From Acidimicrobiia bacterium (GTDB lineage Bacteria > Actinomycetota > Acidimicrobiia > Spongiisociales > Spongiisociaceae), in contig OZ241390.1 in the NCBI GenBank assembly GCA_965200835.1, positions 2,256,297 through 2,320,296 on the forward strand: a stretch of DNA of 64,000 nt. Reading direction: 5' to 3'. The first letter of the stretch is position 1, and each line of letters begins with the position of its first letter. Both the position numbers and the translations under genes were made by a program. The notes below the pieces were generated by a model, which saw nothing but the letters and a program-made list of their open reading frames with translations, searched no databases and was not told where the DNA came from. Shown in pieces: positions 20,868 to 31,622 of this stretch.

Positions 20868-21611
20868 GTGCAGCTGACGGTCCTCGGTTCCAATGGCACC
20901 TACGCCACGGCCGGCCGCCCGGCATCCGGATACCTCGTTTACGAGCGCGAGACCACGCTGTGGATGGACGCCGGGCCAGGTACCTATCTGGCCCTCTGCG
21001 CGGAAATGGATCCGAGCGACCTGCACGGGGTATTTCTGTCTCACCGGCACCCTGACCACTGCACTGACATCTTCGCTCTGTACCACGCTCTGGCCTATGG
21101 CAACCGGAAGGTACGGGGCCTCCCGGTCTTCTGTCCGGAAGACTTGGCCGATCTACTCGGCGCGCTGGTGGGCAATCCCCCTGCCTGGCGGTCCACCTTC
21201 GACTTCATAGCCCTGGCGGACGGTGACACCGTGACCTTGGGGGCCATGGAGATCTCGGTGGCGTCGACCAACCATCCGCCGCCCACCCTCGCTCCCCGCA
21301 TCGAGGCGGCTGGCCGGTCGCTGACCTACACCGCCGACACGGGACCGAGCCCGGCCCTCGAAGGCCACGCCCGCGAGTCGAATGTTCTGCTGGCCGAGGC
21401 GACCCTGCCGGAAGCTCGGGACCCGGAAGCCTACGCCTACCATCTGACCGCGGTGCAGGCAGGAGAGATGGGGGCCCGAGCTGGGGTCGACCGCTTGGTG
21501 CTCACCCACCTGGCTCCCTACCTGGATCCGGACCGGTCGGTGATGGAGGCCGAGTCGGTCTTCCGGGGGCCGGTGTGGCTGGCCGTCCCCGGCGCCCGCA
21601 TCCGGATCTGA
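20868..21611 (+). CDS. MBL-fold metallo-hydrolase
   Basis: 'HRHPDHCTD' metallo-beta-lactamase HxHxDH motif. Conserved position upstream of rph. GTG at 20868, with an alternative ATG at 20817. Confidence 0.7.
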   Translation: MQLTVLGSNGTYATAGRPASGYLVYERETTLWMDAGPGTYLALCAEMDPSDLHGVFLSHRHPDHCTDIFALYHALAYGNRKVRGLPVFCPEDLADLLGALVGNPPAWRSTFDFIALADGDTVTLGAMEISVASTNHPPPTLAPRIEAAGRSLTYTADTGPSPALEGHARESNVLLAEATLPEARDPEAYAYHLTAVQAGEMGARAGVDRLVLTHLAPYLDPDRSVMEAESVFRGPVWLAVPGARIRI

Positions 21612-21646
21612 TCCCAAGGGCTACCACGAGAAGGGCGAGCAGTGCG

Positions 21647-22354
21647 ATGAGTTCCCGGACCAGAGCGACCGACGAGTTGCGTCCCATCCGCTTCACCCGT
21701 GGTTACACGGAGATGACCCCTGGATCGGTGCTGATCGAGATGGGACGCACCAGGGTGCTGGCCACCACCGCCTTCGAGCCGCGGGTACCGAGGTGGATGC
21801 GAGGATCGGGATCCGGCTGGATAAGCGCGGAATACGCCATGATGCCCGGTTCATCGAGTAGTCGGGTGCGGCGTGAGCGATACACGAGTGGTAGATCCAA
21901 GGAGATCTCCCGTCTGATCGGCCGGTCGCTCCGCTCCGTGGTCGATCTGGGTGGGATGGGGGAGGTCATGGTCAAAGTGGACTGTGATGTCATCCAGGCG
22001 GACGGCGGTACCCGGACCGCCGCGGTGAACGCGGCCTGGGTGTCCCTGAACGATGCCCTGGAGTGGGCGGTCGAGCACCAGATGATGGCGACCAACCCCA
22101 TGGCCGACCGGGCCACCGCCGTCTCGGTCGGCATCGTCGAAGGTAGGTTGCTGCTGGACCTCGACTACCAGGACGATTCAGCGGCGTCGGTCGACCTGAA
22201 CGTCGTGATGACCGGGAGAGGTTCGTTGGTCGAGGTCCAGGGTACGGCCGAGGGATCTCCGTTCAGCCGTGCTGAACTGGACCGGCTGCTGGATCTGGCC
22301 GCGGGCGGGATCGCCCAGATCGGAGAGCTCCAGACCGGCGCGGTCGGTCTGTGA
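21647..22354 (+). CDS. rph: ribonuclease PH
   Basis: 'DELRPIRFTRGYT..GSVLIE..DCDVIQADGGTRTA'. ATG at 21647. Confidence 0.9.
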   Translation: MSSRTRATDELRPIRFTRGYTEMTPGSVLIEMGRTRVLATTAFEPRVPRWMRGSGSGWISAEYAMMPGSSSSRVRRERYTSGRSKEISRLIGRSLRSVVDLGGMGEVMVKVDCDVIQADGGTRTAAVNAAWVSLNDALEWAVEHQMMATNPMADRATAVSVGIVEGRLLLDLDYQDDSAASVDLNVVMTGRGSLVEVQGTAEGSPFSRAELDRLLDLAAGGIAQIGELQTGAVGL

Positions 22355-22941
22355 CCCGTCCGGTGATCGCGCGGGCAGTGGTGGCGTCGAAGAACGCCCA
22401 CAAGATAGAAGAGATGGAGTCGTTGCTCGAAGGGACGGAGGCGGTCGGCCAGATCGTGAGGGATCTCGACTGGCCGGATGTGGTGGAGGACGCCCCCGAT
22501 CTCGAAGGCAATGCTCGCCTCAAGGCAAGATCGGTGGCTTCCTGGACCGGGTTGGCGGCGATCGCGGACGACACCGGCTTGGAGGTGGAGGCTCTCGATG
22601 GGGCCCCGGGTGTTCACACGGCCCGTTTCGCCGGGCCCGAGGCTACCTATCGGTCGAATGTAGCCGCCTTGCTCGCCGCCCTAGAAGGCGTGGAAGATCG
22701 GAGGGCCCGATTTCGGACCGTGGTGGTGGCCATCCTGGATGATGGCCAGGAGGTAATGGTCGACGGATGGGTCGAGGGTCGCATAACCACTTACCCGCGG
22801 GGCGCGGGCGGGTTCGGCTACGACCCGATCTTCGAGGTGGGAGGTAGGACGCTGGCGGAGATGACCCCCGAGGAGAAGAACCGGATCAGCCACCGGGCCA
22901 GGGCGGTGCGCGCCCTAGTCGTAGCGCTTGGGACTTCCTAG
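22351..22941 (+). CDS. rdgB: non-canonical purine NTP pyrophosphatase (RdgB/HAM1)
   Basis: GTGA overlap with rph. 'GFGYDPIFE' Ham1 signature. Confidence 0.9.
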   Translation: MTRPVIARAVVASKNAHKIEEMESLLEGTEAVGQIVRDLDWPDVVEDAPDLEGNARLKARSVASWTGLAAIADDTGLEVEALDGAPGVHTARFAGPEATYRSNVAALLAALEGVEDRRARFRTVVVAILDDGQEVMVDGWVEGRITTYPRGAGGFGYDPIFEVGGRTLAEMTPEEKNRISHRARAVRALVVALGTS

Positions 22942-22995
22942 CCGATCCCGACCGGCCGGTCTGCGCAAGGTCCCGGTTCTGGTTACACTGACGGC

Positions 22996-23071
<76 letters not shown>

Positions 23072-23078
23072 TGACCAA

Positions 23079-23160
23079 GCGGGTGTGGCGGAAAGGTAGA
23101 CGCGCCAGGTTTAGGTCCTGGTGGGCTAGGCCCGTGGGGGTTCGAGTCCCTCCACCCGCA
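23079..23160 (+). tRNA. tRNA-Leu (anticodon UAG), long variable arm
   Basis: Acceptor GCGGGTG/CACCCGC. Anticodon stem CCAGG/CCTGG with loop TTTAGGT. Long variable arm TGGGCTAGGCCCGT. Confidence 0.85.
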
Positions 23161-23241
23161 CCGGACCCCCACCCGCCGGATCGCACCCACCACCGACCCC
23201 GCCCATCGGGTTTGGGCCAGGCCGGACGGTGGGTCTAGGGC

Positions 23242-24885
23242 TTACTGGTAGGAGACGAACACTGGTACGGGGGTGAGGTCCAGCACCTGTTCGGGTGTGG
23301 CGGTGGGGGAGTCCTCGTCGTAGAAGTTCTTCCAGCCCCACCGGAAGCCCATATCTTCGGTGTCCTTGGTGAGCACGCTCCAGGTGGTGTACTTGGAACC
23401 GAGGCTTCCCTGCCCGTCCATCTGGATCACCACCGCCAGCTCCGAGGGTGTTTCGATCAGGTCACGGTTGGTGATCATGTCATGGCGGAATTGGTGGACG
23501 ATCAGCAGCTTCTGGGGAAGGGCCTCCTCCCGTACCAGGTCAGCCAGCCAGTCGACCACCAGGTTGACCTCGGCCGCGTCGACCGATCCGATCTGCACCA
23601 GATGCACTTCATTGGGCCCCAGCCGCCATTCGGGATCCAATGCCAATCCGACGTGGGGCATCCTGAGGAACTCTACGTAGAGCTTGGCCTGGGTCAAGAA
23701 GTCGGTGCGGCCCGGCTGTAGGTCCAGGACCACATACACCCCATGCTCGGCGGCGGTTTCGATCCAGGGCCGGATGACATCCTTGCGGGTGAGGGCCGAG
23801 TAGTCACCGTCCGGGCCGGCCCCGGCTGAGGCCACCGTGGCGATGATCTCGAAGGTGGGGAGGATGGTGGCACCGTCGGCGTCGTAACCGGCTGCTATCC
23901 GACCCAGCCTGTCCACCCCGGCCCGGGCGCTCTGTTCCCCTAGCACTCCGAGTCGATGAGTGGCGGGATGTCCGTAGATGGCAATCAGTCGCCGATCAAC
24001 TTCACCGTCGAACATCAACAACCCGCCACCGGGAATCTCCTGGCCGGCCCGGATCACGTCCAGCTGCCAGTCGGTGTCCTCGCCGAAGTTCGAGACCAGC
24101 TCCAACCGCTCAGCCTCACGCACCATCTGCCGAGCATCGGCCGGCATACCCCGTAGATCTCCCTCGACCGGTACCAGACCGATCCCCAACCTGGCAGCAG
24201 CCGCCACCAAGGAGGGCAGCGGACCGTCAGTAGAAGCCAGCCAAACCAACTCGGCCGGAGACGACCTGGCACTCAACATCCCCTCGGCATCCAGTACCCA
24301 CTCGGCCTCGAGCTCCACCCCCTCGACCTCGAACCCGAGCGTTTCCAGACCAGTCACCACCCCCGGATCCACACCTGACACCAAAACCACGTCCGGGTCC
24401 AGCCGCTTCAGCTCCCCGATCGTGCCATCCGACAGCCCACCGTGCGACACCAGCAACAACGGACCTTCCAGACCCGCCAGCAACAGGCTGGCCGCCGCGG
24501 CCCCCAGATCATTCGTGGGAACCAGGCCCACCCGATCAGCGCAGGGAAAGACCTGCTGTGACACCTCCACAGAAGCAGCCACCGGGGATACCGACGCCAA
24601 GCGGAATTCCGATGGGAGGGAGGCGGAGCAATCTCTGGGTGGCAGGGTGGTGGTCGTGGTGGTGCTCGAGGTGGTGGTTGCGATAGTGGAGGTAGTGGTC
24701 GTGGTGGTCGGAGAAGTGCTGGTAGAGGTGGAGGGCTCGTCCGAGGTGGTGGGCGCCGGTGCGGTAGTGGAGCGTTCGGACGTGGGGGAACTCGAACAGG
24801 AGACGGTTGTTACCAATAGGGCCAGAAGTGGGAGCAGGGCCCTTGCCCGGATCGGTCTGCGGCGGCTCACGTAGCCGTTCCTCAT
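23242..24885 (-). CDS. Secreted lipoprotein with a Thr/Ser-rich linker, CWB2-type cell-wall-binding repeats and a C-terminal domain of unknown (hydrolase-like?) function
   Basis: Lipobox 'LLALLVTTVSC'. Poly-Thr tract. Three 'LLLVSHGGLSDGTIGELKRLDPDVVLVSG'-like CWB2 repeats. Conserved C-terminal ~250 aa. The start was chosen at the Met preceding the signal peptide; the longer ORF runs to 24990. Confidence 0.65.
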   Translation of the reverse strand: MRNGYVSRRRPIRARALLPLLALLVTTVSCSSSPTSERSTTAPAPTTSDEPSTSTSTSPTTTTTTSTIATTTSSTTTTTTLPPRDCSASLPSEFRLASVSPVAASVEVSQQVFPCADRVGLVPTNDLGAAAASLLLAGLEGPLLLVSHGGLSDGTIGELKRLDPDVVLVSGVDPGVVTGLETLGFEVEGVELEAEWVLDAEGMLSARSSPAELVWLASTDGPLPSLVAAAARLGIGLVPVEGDLRGMPADARQMVREAERLELVSNFGEDTDWQLDVIRAGQEIPGGGLLMFDGEVDRRLIAIYGHPATHRLGVLGEQSARAGVDRLGRIAAGYDADGATILPTFEIIATVASAGAGPDGDYSALTRKDVIRPWIETAAEHGVYVVLDLQPGRTDFLTQAKLYVEFLRMPHVGLALDPEWRLGPNEVHLVQIGSVDAAEVNLVVDWLADLVREEALPQKLLIVHQFRHDMITNRDLIETPSELAVVIQMDGQGSLGSKYTTWSVLTKDTEDMGFRWGWKNFYDEDSPTATPEQVLDLTPVPVFVSYQ

Positions 24886-25020
24886 GCCCGGGACTCGTAC
24901 CATGGTTGCTGAAGGTGACCGGTCAACTTCATGCGGGCCCGTTTGCCGACCGCCCGCGGGCGTATCCATTCGCCGATCTGAACTGGCCATGTCTCGTTGC
25001 CTTCCTAGAATGTCCTCGTA

Positions 25021-25094
25021 CGGGCTGTGGCGCAGCTTGGCAGCGCGCCTGCTTTGGGAGCAGGAGGTCGTCGGTTCGAATCCGACCAGCCCGA
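25021..25094 (+). tRNA. tRNA-Pro (anticodon UGG)
   Basis: Acceptor CGGGCTG/CAGCCCG. Anticodon stem CCTGC/GCAGG with loop TTTGGGA (G37). Confidence 0.85.
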
Positions 25095-25219
25095 CCGCCT
25101 CCTGGCCGTACGCAGGGCAGCGTAAATGAAGGCCGGCCCTCCGGCGGGGATTTAGGTGCGGTCCACCTGTCGAGAGGGTTTGAACCTCCTCCGAGCCATG
25201 TAATATGGGGCTCGTACGC

Positions 25220-25290
25220 GCGGGTGTAGCTCAATGGCAGAGCTCCAGCCTTCCAAGCTGGCGGCGAGGGTTCGACTCCCTTCACCCGCT
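25220..25290 (+). tRNA. tRNA-Gly (anticodon UCC)
   Basis: Acceptor GCGGGTG/CACCCGC. Anticodon stem CCAGC/GCTGG with loop CTTCCAA. Confidence 0.85.
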
Positions 25291-25321
25291 CTGCGGAGAC
25301 GCCCGTCCGGTTGGCGGCTGA

Positions 25322-25394
25322 GCCCCCGTAGCTCAGAGGACAGAGCAGGAGCCTTCTAAGCTCTTGGTCGAAGGTTCGAATCCTTCCGGGGGCG
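25322..25394 (+). tRNA. tRNA-Arg (anticodon UCU)
   Basis: Acceptor GCCCCCG/CGGGGGC. Anticodon loop CTTCTAA. Confidence 0.85.
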
Positions 25395-25444
25395 CCTCGC
25401 CGATCGACCATCGGGCTGAGGCCCGGAAGCCGATTCTCACGCAT

Positions 25445-25520
25445 GGTGACCGTAGCTCAGCTTGGTTAGAGCGCCTGGTTGTGGTCCAGGAGGTCGGGGG
25501 TTCGAGTCCCCTCGGTCACC
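25445..25520 (+). tRNA. tRNA-His (anticodon GUG), with G-1
   Basis: An extra 5' G pairs with discriminator C. Anticodon stem CCTGG/CCAGG with loop TTGTGGT. Confidence 0.85.
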
Positions 25521-25577
25521 CCGGCACTACGCCGTTTGGTGCCCGGACCCCTGCCTGCGAAAAAACCTAGGAGTTCG

Positions 25578-26954
25578 ATGTCCGTCACGGTTACGGAGCT
25601 AGGTCCGTTCGAGCGACAAGTCACCATACGTTACGAAGGAGCTTCTCTGGCCCGGGCCGAGACCCGAGCAGCCCGCCGGCTCTCCTTGCGCCTCGACATC
25701 AACGGGTTCCGCCGCGGGAAGGCTCCTCGCCGCATGGTCGAGAATCTGGTCGGCAAGGATCGAATCCGCCAGGAGGCGGTGGAGGAGCTGGTCGAGCAGG
25801 GTTTGCCCTCGGTTCTGGCTGATGCCGACCTTTCGCCCGCGGTTGCTCCATCGGTCGAGGCGATGCGGCAAGTTGGCCATGGGGTGGAGGTGGATGTGAG
25901 GGTGAGTATGTGGCCCATGCTGGACGCTCCGCCCGACTATCAGGGCAGGCGGTACCAGCTCCGGGATCCGGGAATCGTGGTCGATGAGGCAACCATCACC
26001 GACCAGATCGACCGTTACCGGGGGCACTTCGCCGAACTAGAGACCGTGGAACGGGCCGCGGCAACCGGCGACTTCGTGGCCATCGACCTGCACGCATCCC
26101 ACGGCGGACGATCCCTCGAGTTGATATCGGTGTCCGACCTGCTGTTCGAGGTGGGCTCGGACTCCAATCTGGAAGACCTGAACCCCCAGCTGATAGGCTC
26201 CTCGGCAGGTGACATTCTCTCCTTCCCGACCCGCCTGCGCATGGAAGATGAGGGGCTGGCGGCCGGTACCGAGATATATGTTCGGGTGCTGGTCAAGGAG
26301 GTCAAGGAGAAGCGCCTACCCGAGCTCGACGATGAGTGGGTTCATGACTTCACCGAGTTCGACACCGTGGAGGAGTTTCGCGCCGGCATAGCCGAGGAAC
26401 TCGAGCAGACCCGGTCGCGGATCCTGTCGGAGGGCCTGGCCGAGCAGGTGCTCTTCGAGCTGTCGGACGAGGTCAGGGTGGAGATACCGGAGGCGGTGAA
26501 GCTAGCCAGGGCAGCGCAGATCCACGATCGGATGCTGAACGCGCTGCAAGCAGCCGATCGAACGTTCGAGTCGTATCTGGAGCAAATGGGCAGGGATGAG
26601 GAGGCCTATTTCAACGGGCTGCAAGCGCAGGCCCTCATCCAGATCCGTACCCGGGTGATGCTCGACTCGGTGGCGGTCGACGCCGGCTTCGAAGTGACGG
26701 AAAGCGAGCTCGAGCAGTTCTACGAGGAGGCGGCTGAGGGCCTCGACGAGACGGCAGAGGAGCTGGCGACCCGGCTGGCGGGGAGCATCCAAGAAATCAA
26801 CGTCATGAGTGATATCCTCCGCGCCAAAGCGCGAGCGGCAGTGCTGCGCGGCGCGGTAGCGACAGATAGCGACGGGAACGTACTCGACCTTCATCTGGAA
26901 GTGGAGAACGGAGCCGAGGCCGTGGAAGCCGAGACCGAGCAAGGAGACCAGTGA
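25578..26954 (+). CDS. tig: trigger factor
   Basis: '[17 protein letters not shown]' plus PPIase and C-terminal domains. ATG at 25578 just after tRNA-His. The longer ORF beginning at 25479 overlaps the tRNA and was rejected. Confidence 0.9.
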   Translation: MSVTVTELGPFERQVTIRYEGASLARAETRAARRLSLRLDINGFRRGKAPRRMVENLVGKDRIRQEAVEELVEQGLPSVLADADLSPAVAPSVEAMRQVGHGVEVDVRVSMWPMLDAPPDYQGRRYQLRDPGIVVDEATITDQIDRYRGHFAELETVERAAATGDFVAIDLHASHGGRSLELISVSDLLFEVGSDSNLEDLNPQLIGSSAGDILSFPTRLRMEDEGLAAGTEIYVRVLVKEVKEKRLPELDDEWVHDFTEFDTVEEFRAGIAEELEQTRSRILSEGLAEQVLFELSDEVRVEIPEAVKLARAAQIHDRMLNALQAADRTFESYLEQMGRDEEAYFNGLQAQALIQIRTRVMLDSVAVDAGFEVTESELEQFYEEAAEGLDETAEELATRLAGSIQEINVMSDILRAKARAAVLRGAVATDSDGNVLDLHLEVENGAEAVEAETEQGDQ

Positions 26955-27613
26955 TCGCCTATACAGCATCGGAGCCGGAGCTCCCAGTTGGCCCACCCCC
27001 CAGCAACTACCTGGTTCCCACGGTGGTGGAGTCCACCAGTCGGGGGGAACGTGCCTTCGACATCTTTTCCCGCCTGCTCAAGGACCGCATCATCTTTTTG
27101 GGCACCGCGATCGATGACGCGGTGGCCAACCTGGTGATGGCCCAGCTTCTCCACCTGGAGTCGGAGGATCCCGACCGTGACGTGAACCTCTACATCAACT
27201 CCCCGGGTGGCGAGATCACCAGTCTCTTCGCCATCTACGACACCATCCAGTACATCAAGCCCGATGTGAGCACCGTGTGTATGGGTATGGCGGCCTCCGC
27301 GGCGGCCGTGATCCTGGCCGGCGGGACCAAGGGAAAACGTTTCGCCCTTCCCCATGCCCGGGTCATGCTCCACCAGCCTCATGGCGGAGCACGAGGGCAA
27401 GCTGCCGACATCGAGATCCAAGCCCGGCTGATCGTGCAGATGCGGGAGCAGCTCAATCGGATCCTGGCCCGCCACACCGGCCAGGAGTACGAGAAGGTGG
27501 CCAAGGACACCGACCGTGACTTCTGGATGCTGTCCGAAGAAGCCGTCGACTACGGGATCGTCGACGACGTCCTGCTCAGCAGGGATCTGGCGGCGGTGCC
27601 GGATCGGAACTGA
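26951..27613 (+). CDS. clpP: ATP-dependent Clp protease proteolytic subunit
   Basis: '[22 protein letters not shown]' and catalytic-Ser '[12 protein letters not shown]'. Confidence 0.9.
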   Translation: MIAYTASEPELPVGPPPSNYLVPTVVESTSRGERAFDIFSRLLKDRIIFLGTAIDDAVANLVMAQLLHLESEDPDRDVNLYINSPGGEITSLFAIYDTIQYIKPDVSTVCMGMAASAAAVILAGGTKGKRFALPHARVMLHQPHGGARGQAADIEIQARLIVQMREQLNRILARHTGQEYEKVAKDTDRDFWMLSEEAVDYGIVDDVLLSRDLAAVPDRN

Positions 27614-27619
27614 GGAGCA

Positions 27620-28882
27620 ATGAAGTACAGCGAGGGGAGTGAGATCCTCAAGTGCAGCTTCTGCGGCCACTCCCAGAAGCAGGTCAAGAAGCTGATTGCC
27701 GGCCCCGGCGTCTACATCTGCGACGAGTGCGTGTTGCTCTGTACCGAGATCCTCGACGACGAGCTGCTGCATGCCCGCACGGAACGGGCCAGCGAGCTCC
27801 CCAAGCCCGCCGAGGTGTTCGCCTTCCTGGACGACTACGTGATCGGCCAGGAGAGGGCCAAGAAGGCGCTGTCGGTGGCCGTCTACAACCACTTCAAGCG
27901 AATCAGAAGCACCACGGCCCGCAACGAGGAGGTGGAGCTGTCCAAAGCCAACATCCTCCTGATCGGCCCGACCGGTTGTGGCAAGACCTTGCTGGCCGAG
28001 ACTCTGGCGCGGATGCTGGAGGTCCCGTTTGCGATTGCCGACGCCACTGCGCTTACCGAGGCCGGCTACGTCGGGGAGGATGTCGAAAACATCCTGCTCA
28101 AGATCATCCAGGCAGCCGACTACGACGTGAAACGGGCACAAGAGGGCATCATCTACATAGACGAGATCGACAAGATCGCTCGCAAGGCCGAGAACCCCTC
28201 GATCACTCGTGATGTTTCGGGCGAGGGCGTCCAACAGGCGTTGCTCAAGATCGTGGAGGGGACGGTGGCGTCGGTGCCGCCGCAGGGAGGCCGCAAGCAT
28301 CCCCATCAGGAGTTCCTCGAGATCGACACCACCGACATCCTGTTCATCTGTGGGGGAGCGTTCGCCGGGCTCCATCAGGTGATCGGTCGGCGGGTCGGCA
28401 ACCGCATAGTGGGTTTCGGCGCCGATATCGGATCCCGCCATGACCGCTCGCGCAACGATCTCCTGGCCGAGGTGATGCCGGACGATCTCATCAAATACGG
28501 TCTGATACCGGAGTTCATCGGCCGGATGCCTATGGTGGCCACGGTGGACGCTCTCGATCGAGAAGCCCTCATCCGGATACTCCAGGAGCCCCGCAACGCT
28601 CTCGTCAAGCAGTACGTGAGGATCATGGAGATGGACGACGTGGAGCTGGTCTTCGAACCCGATGCCATCGAGGCGATCGCGGACCAAGCCATGCTGCGCG
28701 GTACCGGCGCCCGGGGTCTGAGGGCCATCATGGAGGAAGTGCTGCTCGACACGATGTACCAGCTTCCCTCCCAGCCCGAGGTTCGCCGGGTGGTGATCGA
28801 CCGCCGAGTGGTCGAGGAGAAGGTCAATCCGACCCTGCTCTCGCTGCCTGACGTCGGAGAACGTCGCGAGAGGAGTGCCTAG
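27620..28882 (+). CDS. clpX: ATP-dependent Clp protease ATP-binding subunit ClpX
   Basis: Zinc-ribbon '[26 protein letters not shown]', Walker A 'GPTGCGKT' and '[10 protein letters not shown]'. Confidence 0.9.
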   Translation: MKYSEGSEILKCSFCGHSQKQVKKLIAGPGVYICDECVLLCTEILDDELLHARTERASELPKPAEVFAFLDDYVIGQERAKKALSVAVYNHFKRIRSTTARNEEVELSKANILLIGPTGCGKTLLAETLARMLEVPFAIADATALTEAGYVGEDVENILLKIIQAADYDVKRAQEGIIYIDEIDKIARKAENPSITRDVSGEGVQQALLKIVEGTVASVPPQGGRKHPHQEFLEIDTTDILFICGGAFAGLHQVIGRRVGNRIVGFGADIGSRHDRSRNDLLAEVMPDDLIKYGLIPEFIGRMPMVATVDALDREALIRILQEPRNALVKQYVRIMEMDDVELVFEPDAIEAIADQAMLRGTGARGLRAIMEEVLLDTMYQLPSQPEVRRVVIDRRVVEEKVNPTLLSLPDVGERRERSA

Positions 28883-28912
28883 TCATCGGTTCGCGCTGAA
28901 CCGAGCCTGGCA

Positions 28913-31567
28913 GTGACCACAATGGCCACCCGCCCCAACGGGACTTTGGAAGGGAGCTACGACCCGGCAGCGGTGGAGCAGCGCTGGTACCGCATCTGGG
29001 AAGAATCCGGCGCCTTCGCCCCCGAGATCAATCCGGATGGGGAACCCTTCACCATCGTGATTCCACCCCCCAACGTGACCGGGGTGCTGCACATCGGTCA
29101 CGCCCTCGACCACTCCATCCAGGACGCCATCATCAGGCGTAAGCGCATGCAGGGTTACGCGGCACTCTGGTTGCCGGGGACCGATCACGCCGGGATCGCC
29201 ACCCAGATGGTGGTGGAGCGGGAGCTGGCCACCGAAGGCCTGAGCCGGTACGAGCTGGGCCGGGACCGGTTCGTCGATCAGGTATGGACCTGGAAGCAGC
29301 GTTCCGGGGGTGCTATCACTCAGCAGATGAGGGCCCTGGGGGACTCGTGTGACTGGACCAGGGAGCGCTTCACCCTGGACGAGGGTCTCTCCGCGGCGGT
29401 CCGTGAAGTTTTCGTCAGGCTCCACGAACAGGGTCTGATCTACCGCGGGCACCGGATCATCAACTGGTCTCCCGGCCTCATGACGGCCATCTCCGACATC
29501 GAGGTCGAGTACGAAGAGGTGGAAGGCCGGATGGTGCACATCACCTACCCCTTCTCGGAAGTCGGGCCTGATGGTCGCGACGGCATAACGGTGGCCACCA
29601 CCCGTCCCGAGACCATGCTCGGGGATACCGGCGTGGCAGTACATCCGGGGGATGACCGTTACCAGCATCTGATCGGCCAGTCGGTCCGGCTCCCGCTGAT
29701 GGACCGACACATTCCAGTGGTGGCCGATGAAGCCGTCGACCCCGCCTTCGGTACGGGGGCAGTGAAGGTGACCCCTGCTCACGACCCGCTGGACTTCGAG
29801 ATTGCCACCAGGGCGGGGCTGCCCCCCGTGACAGTGATCGGCGAGGATGGCTATATGACCGAAGCCGCCGGTCGTTTCGCCGGCCTGGAGCGCTTCGAGG
29901 CTCGGGAGCGCGTGATCGAAGCCCTCAGAAGCGGTGGCTACCTGGAGCGGATCGAGGACCATCGCCACACGGTGGGACACTGTTCGCGGAGCGGGGCGGT
30001 CATCGAGCCCCTGCTCTCGCGCCAGTGGTTCGTGCGGGTGGGTTCCCTGGTAGAGCCCGCCATCGAAGCTGTTCGCAACGGGTCCTGCCGCTTCGTCCCC
30101 CGGCGGTGGGAAAAGAACTACTACCACTGGATGGAGAACCTCCACGACTGGTGCATCAGCCGCCAGCTTTGGTGGGGCCACCGGATTCCCGCCTGGTATT
30201 GCGAGGTCGACGACACGGTGATGGTCGCCCGCGAGGAGCCGAGCAGATGCAGCAAGTGCGGGGGCCACACTTTGCGGGCCGAGGAGGATGTGCTGGACAC
30301 CTGGTTCAGCTCGGCGCTGTGGCCCTTCTCGACCCTCGGGTGGCCCGGCGACACCGCGGACCTGCAGCGTTTCTATCCCACCGACGTCCTGGTGACGGGC
30401 TACGACATCATCTCCTTCTGGGTGGCCCGCATGCTGAAGATGGGTGTGGAGTTCACCGATGAAGTCCCGTTCCACGAGGTGGTGATCCACGGAATGGTGC
30501 GTGACTCCGACGGGCGGAAGATGTCCAAGTCGCTCAACAACACCGTCGATCCGATGGAGATGGTCGAGCGGTACGGGGCCGACGCCCTCCGCCTCAGCTT
30601 GCTCAAATCGGCATCCGCCGGCCACGACGTGAGCTTCGATGTCCAGTGGGTGGACGCGGCCCGGCGGTTCGGCAACAAGCTATGGAATGCCGTCAAGTTT
30701 GCCCTCATGCACCTCGAGCCCGGAAGTGTCCCACCCGAGGGTGGATATCCGGAGGCACCCGGTCCGGTGGATCGGTGGATCTTGGCCCGTCTGGGCGAGG
30801 TGGCTGAGCGGGTCGACTCGTTGTACGACAGTTACCGGCTCTCCGAGGCCTTCTCCCTGCTCTACTCCTTCGCCTGGTCAGAAGTGTTCGATTGGTATCT
30901 GGAGATGTCCAAACCGGCTCTGGCCGAGGGTGGACCGAAGGCCGATACCGTCCGCCGCACCCTAGGCGTGGTGCTGCGTGATCTTTTTAAGTTCTTCCAT
31001 CCGGCGATTCCCTTCCTGACCGAGGAGCTGCACAGCCACCTGGTCGACGCCCGGATGCTGATTTCCTCCCGCTGGCCCTCGGTGCCCCGCTACACCCCGC
31101 CCGCCGGTATGGAGACCCTCCAGGAGCTGGTGTCGGGTCTCCGGCGCTTCCGGGCGGCGCACGGCCTCCCGGCCCGCCGGCAACTGAGTGTGGTGGTCCA
31201 CGACCCTGACGGGCTCTGGCACGACTGGTGGAGTCCCCAGCTCCAGGCCCTGGCGGCCACGACCGCCACCGTCGGTCGCCCGCCTGCCGGAGCCGGCTAC
31301 CTGCGGGTGGAGGCCCGCTCTCTCGAGGTTTCCATCCCGATGGAAGGTGTGATCGACGTGGAGGCCGAGCGAGCCCGTCTCCGACGCCGGGTCGAAAAGG
31401 TCACCAGCGACCTCACCCGAGCCGACGGCAAGCTCTCGAACCCTTCGTTCCGGACCAGGGCACCCGCCGCAGTGGTGGCCAGGGAGGAGGCCAAGGCGAG
31501 GGAGTTCCGGAACCTGCTGCGATCCCTCGAGCAGGAACTGGCTGCGCTCGACGGGTCGGGGCGGTAG
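28913..31567 (+). CDS. valS: valyl-tRNA synthetase
   Basis: HIGH 'PPPNVTGVLHIGHAL', KMSKS 'KMSKSLNN' and a C-terminal coiled coil. GTG at 28913, with an ATG at 28922. Confidence 0.9.
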   Translation: MTTMATRPNGTLEGSYDPAAVEQRWYRIWEESGAFAPEINPDGEPFTIVIPPPNVTGVLHIGHALDHSIQDAIIRRKRMQGYAALWLPGTDHAGIATQMVVERELATEGLSRYELGRDRFVDQVWTWKQRSGGAITQQMRALGDSCDWTRERFTLDEGLSAAVREVFVRLHEQGLIYRGHRIINWSPGLMTAISDIEVEYEEVEGRMVHITYPFSEVGPDGRDGITVATTRPETMLGDTGVAVHPGDDRYQHLIGQSVRLPLMDRHIPVVADEAVDPAFGTGAVKVTPAHDPLDFEIATRAGLPPVTVIGEDGYMTEAAGRFAGLERFEARERVIEALRSGGYLERIEDHRHTVGHCSRSGAVIEPLLSRQWFVRVGSLVEPAIEAVRNGSCRFVPRRWEKNYYHWMENLHDWCISRQLWWGHRIPAWYCEVDDTVMVAREEPSRCSKCGGHTLRAEEDVLDTWFSSALWPFSTLGWPGDTADLQRFYPTDVLVTGYDIISFWVARMLKMGVEFTDEVPFHEVVIHGMVRDSDGRKMSKSLNNTVDPMEMVERYGADALRLSLLKSASAGHDVSFDVQWVDAARRFGNKLWNAVKFALMHLEPGSVPPEGGYPEAPGPVDRWILARLGEVAERVDSLYDSYRLSEAFSLLYSFAWSEVFDWYLEMSKPALAEGGPKADTVRRTLGVVLRDLFKFFHPAIPFLTEELHSHLVDARMLISSRWPSVPRYTPPAGMETLQELVSGLRRFRAAHGLPARRQLSVVVHDPDGLWHDWWSPQLQALAATTATVGRPPAGAGYLRVEARSLEVSIPMEGVIDVEAERARLRRRVEKVTSDLTRADGKLSNPSFRTRAPAAVVAREEAKAREFRNLLRSLEQELAALDGSGR

Positions 31568-31622
31568 CAACCGATCCCGTTCCCGGATCAGCGTCGGTAC
31601 CATCCTCGTTCGTGATCACCCC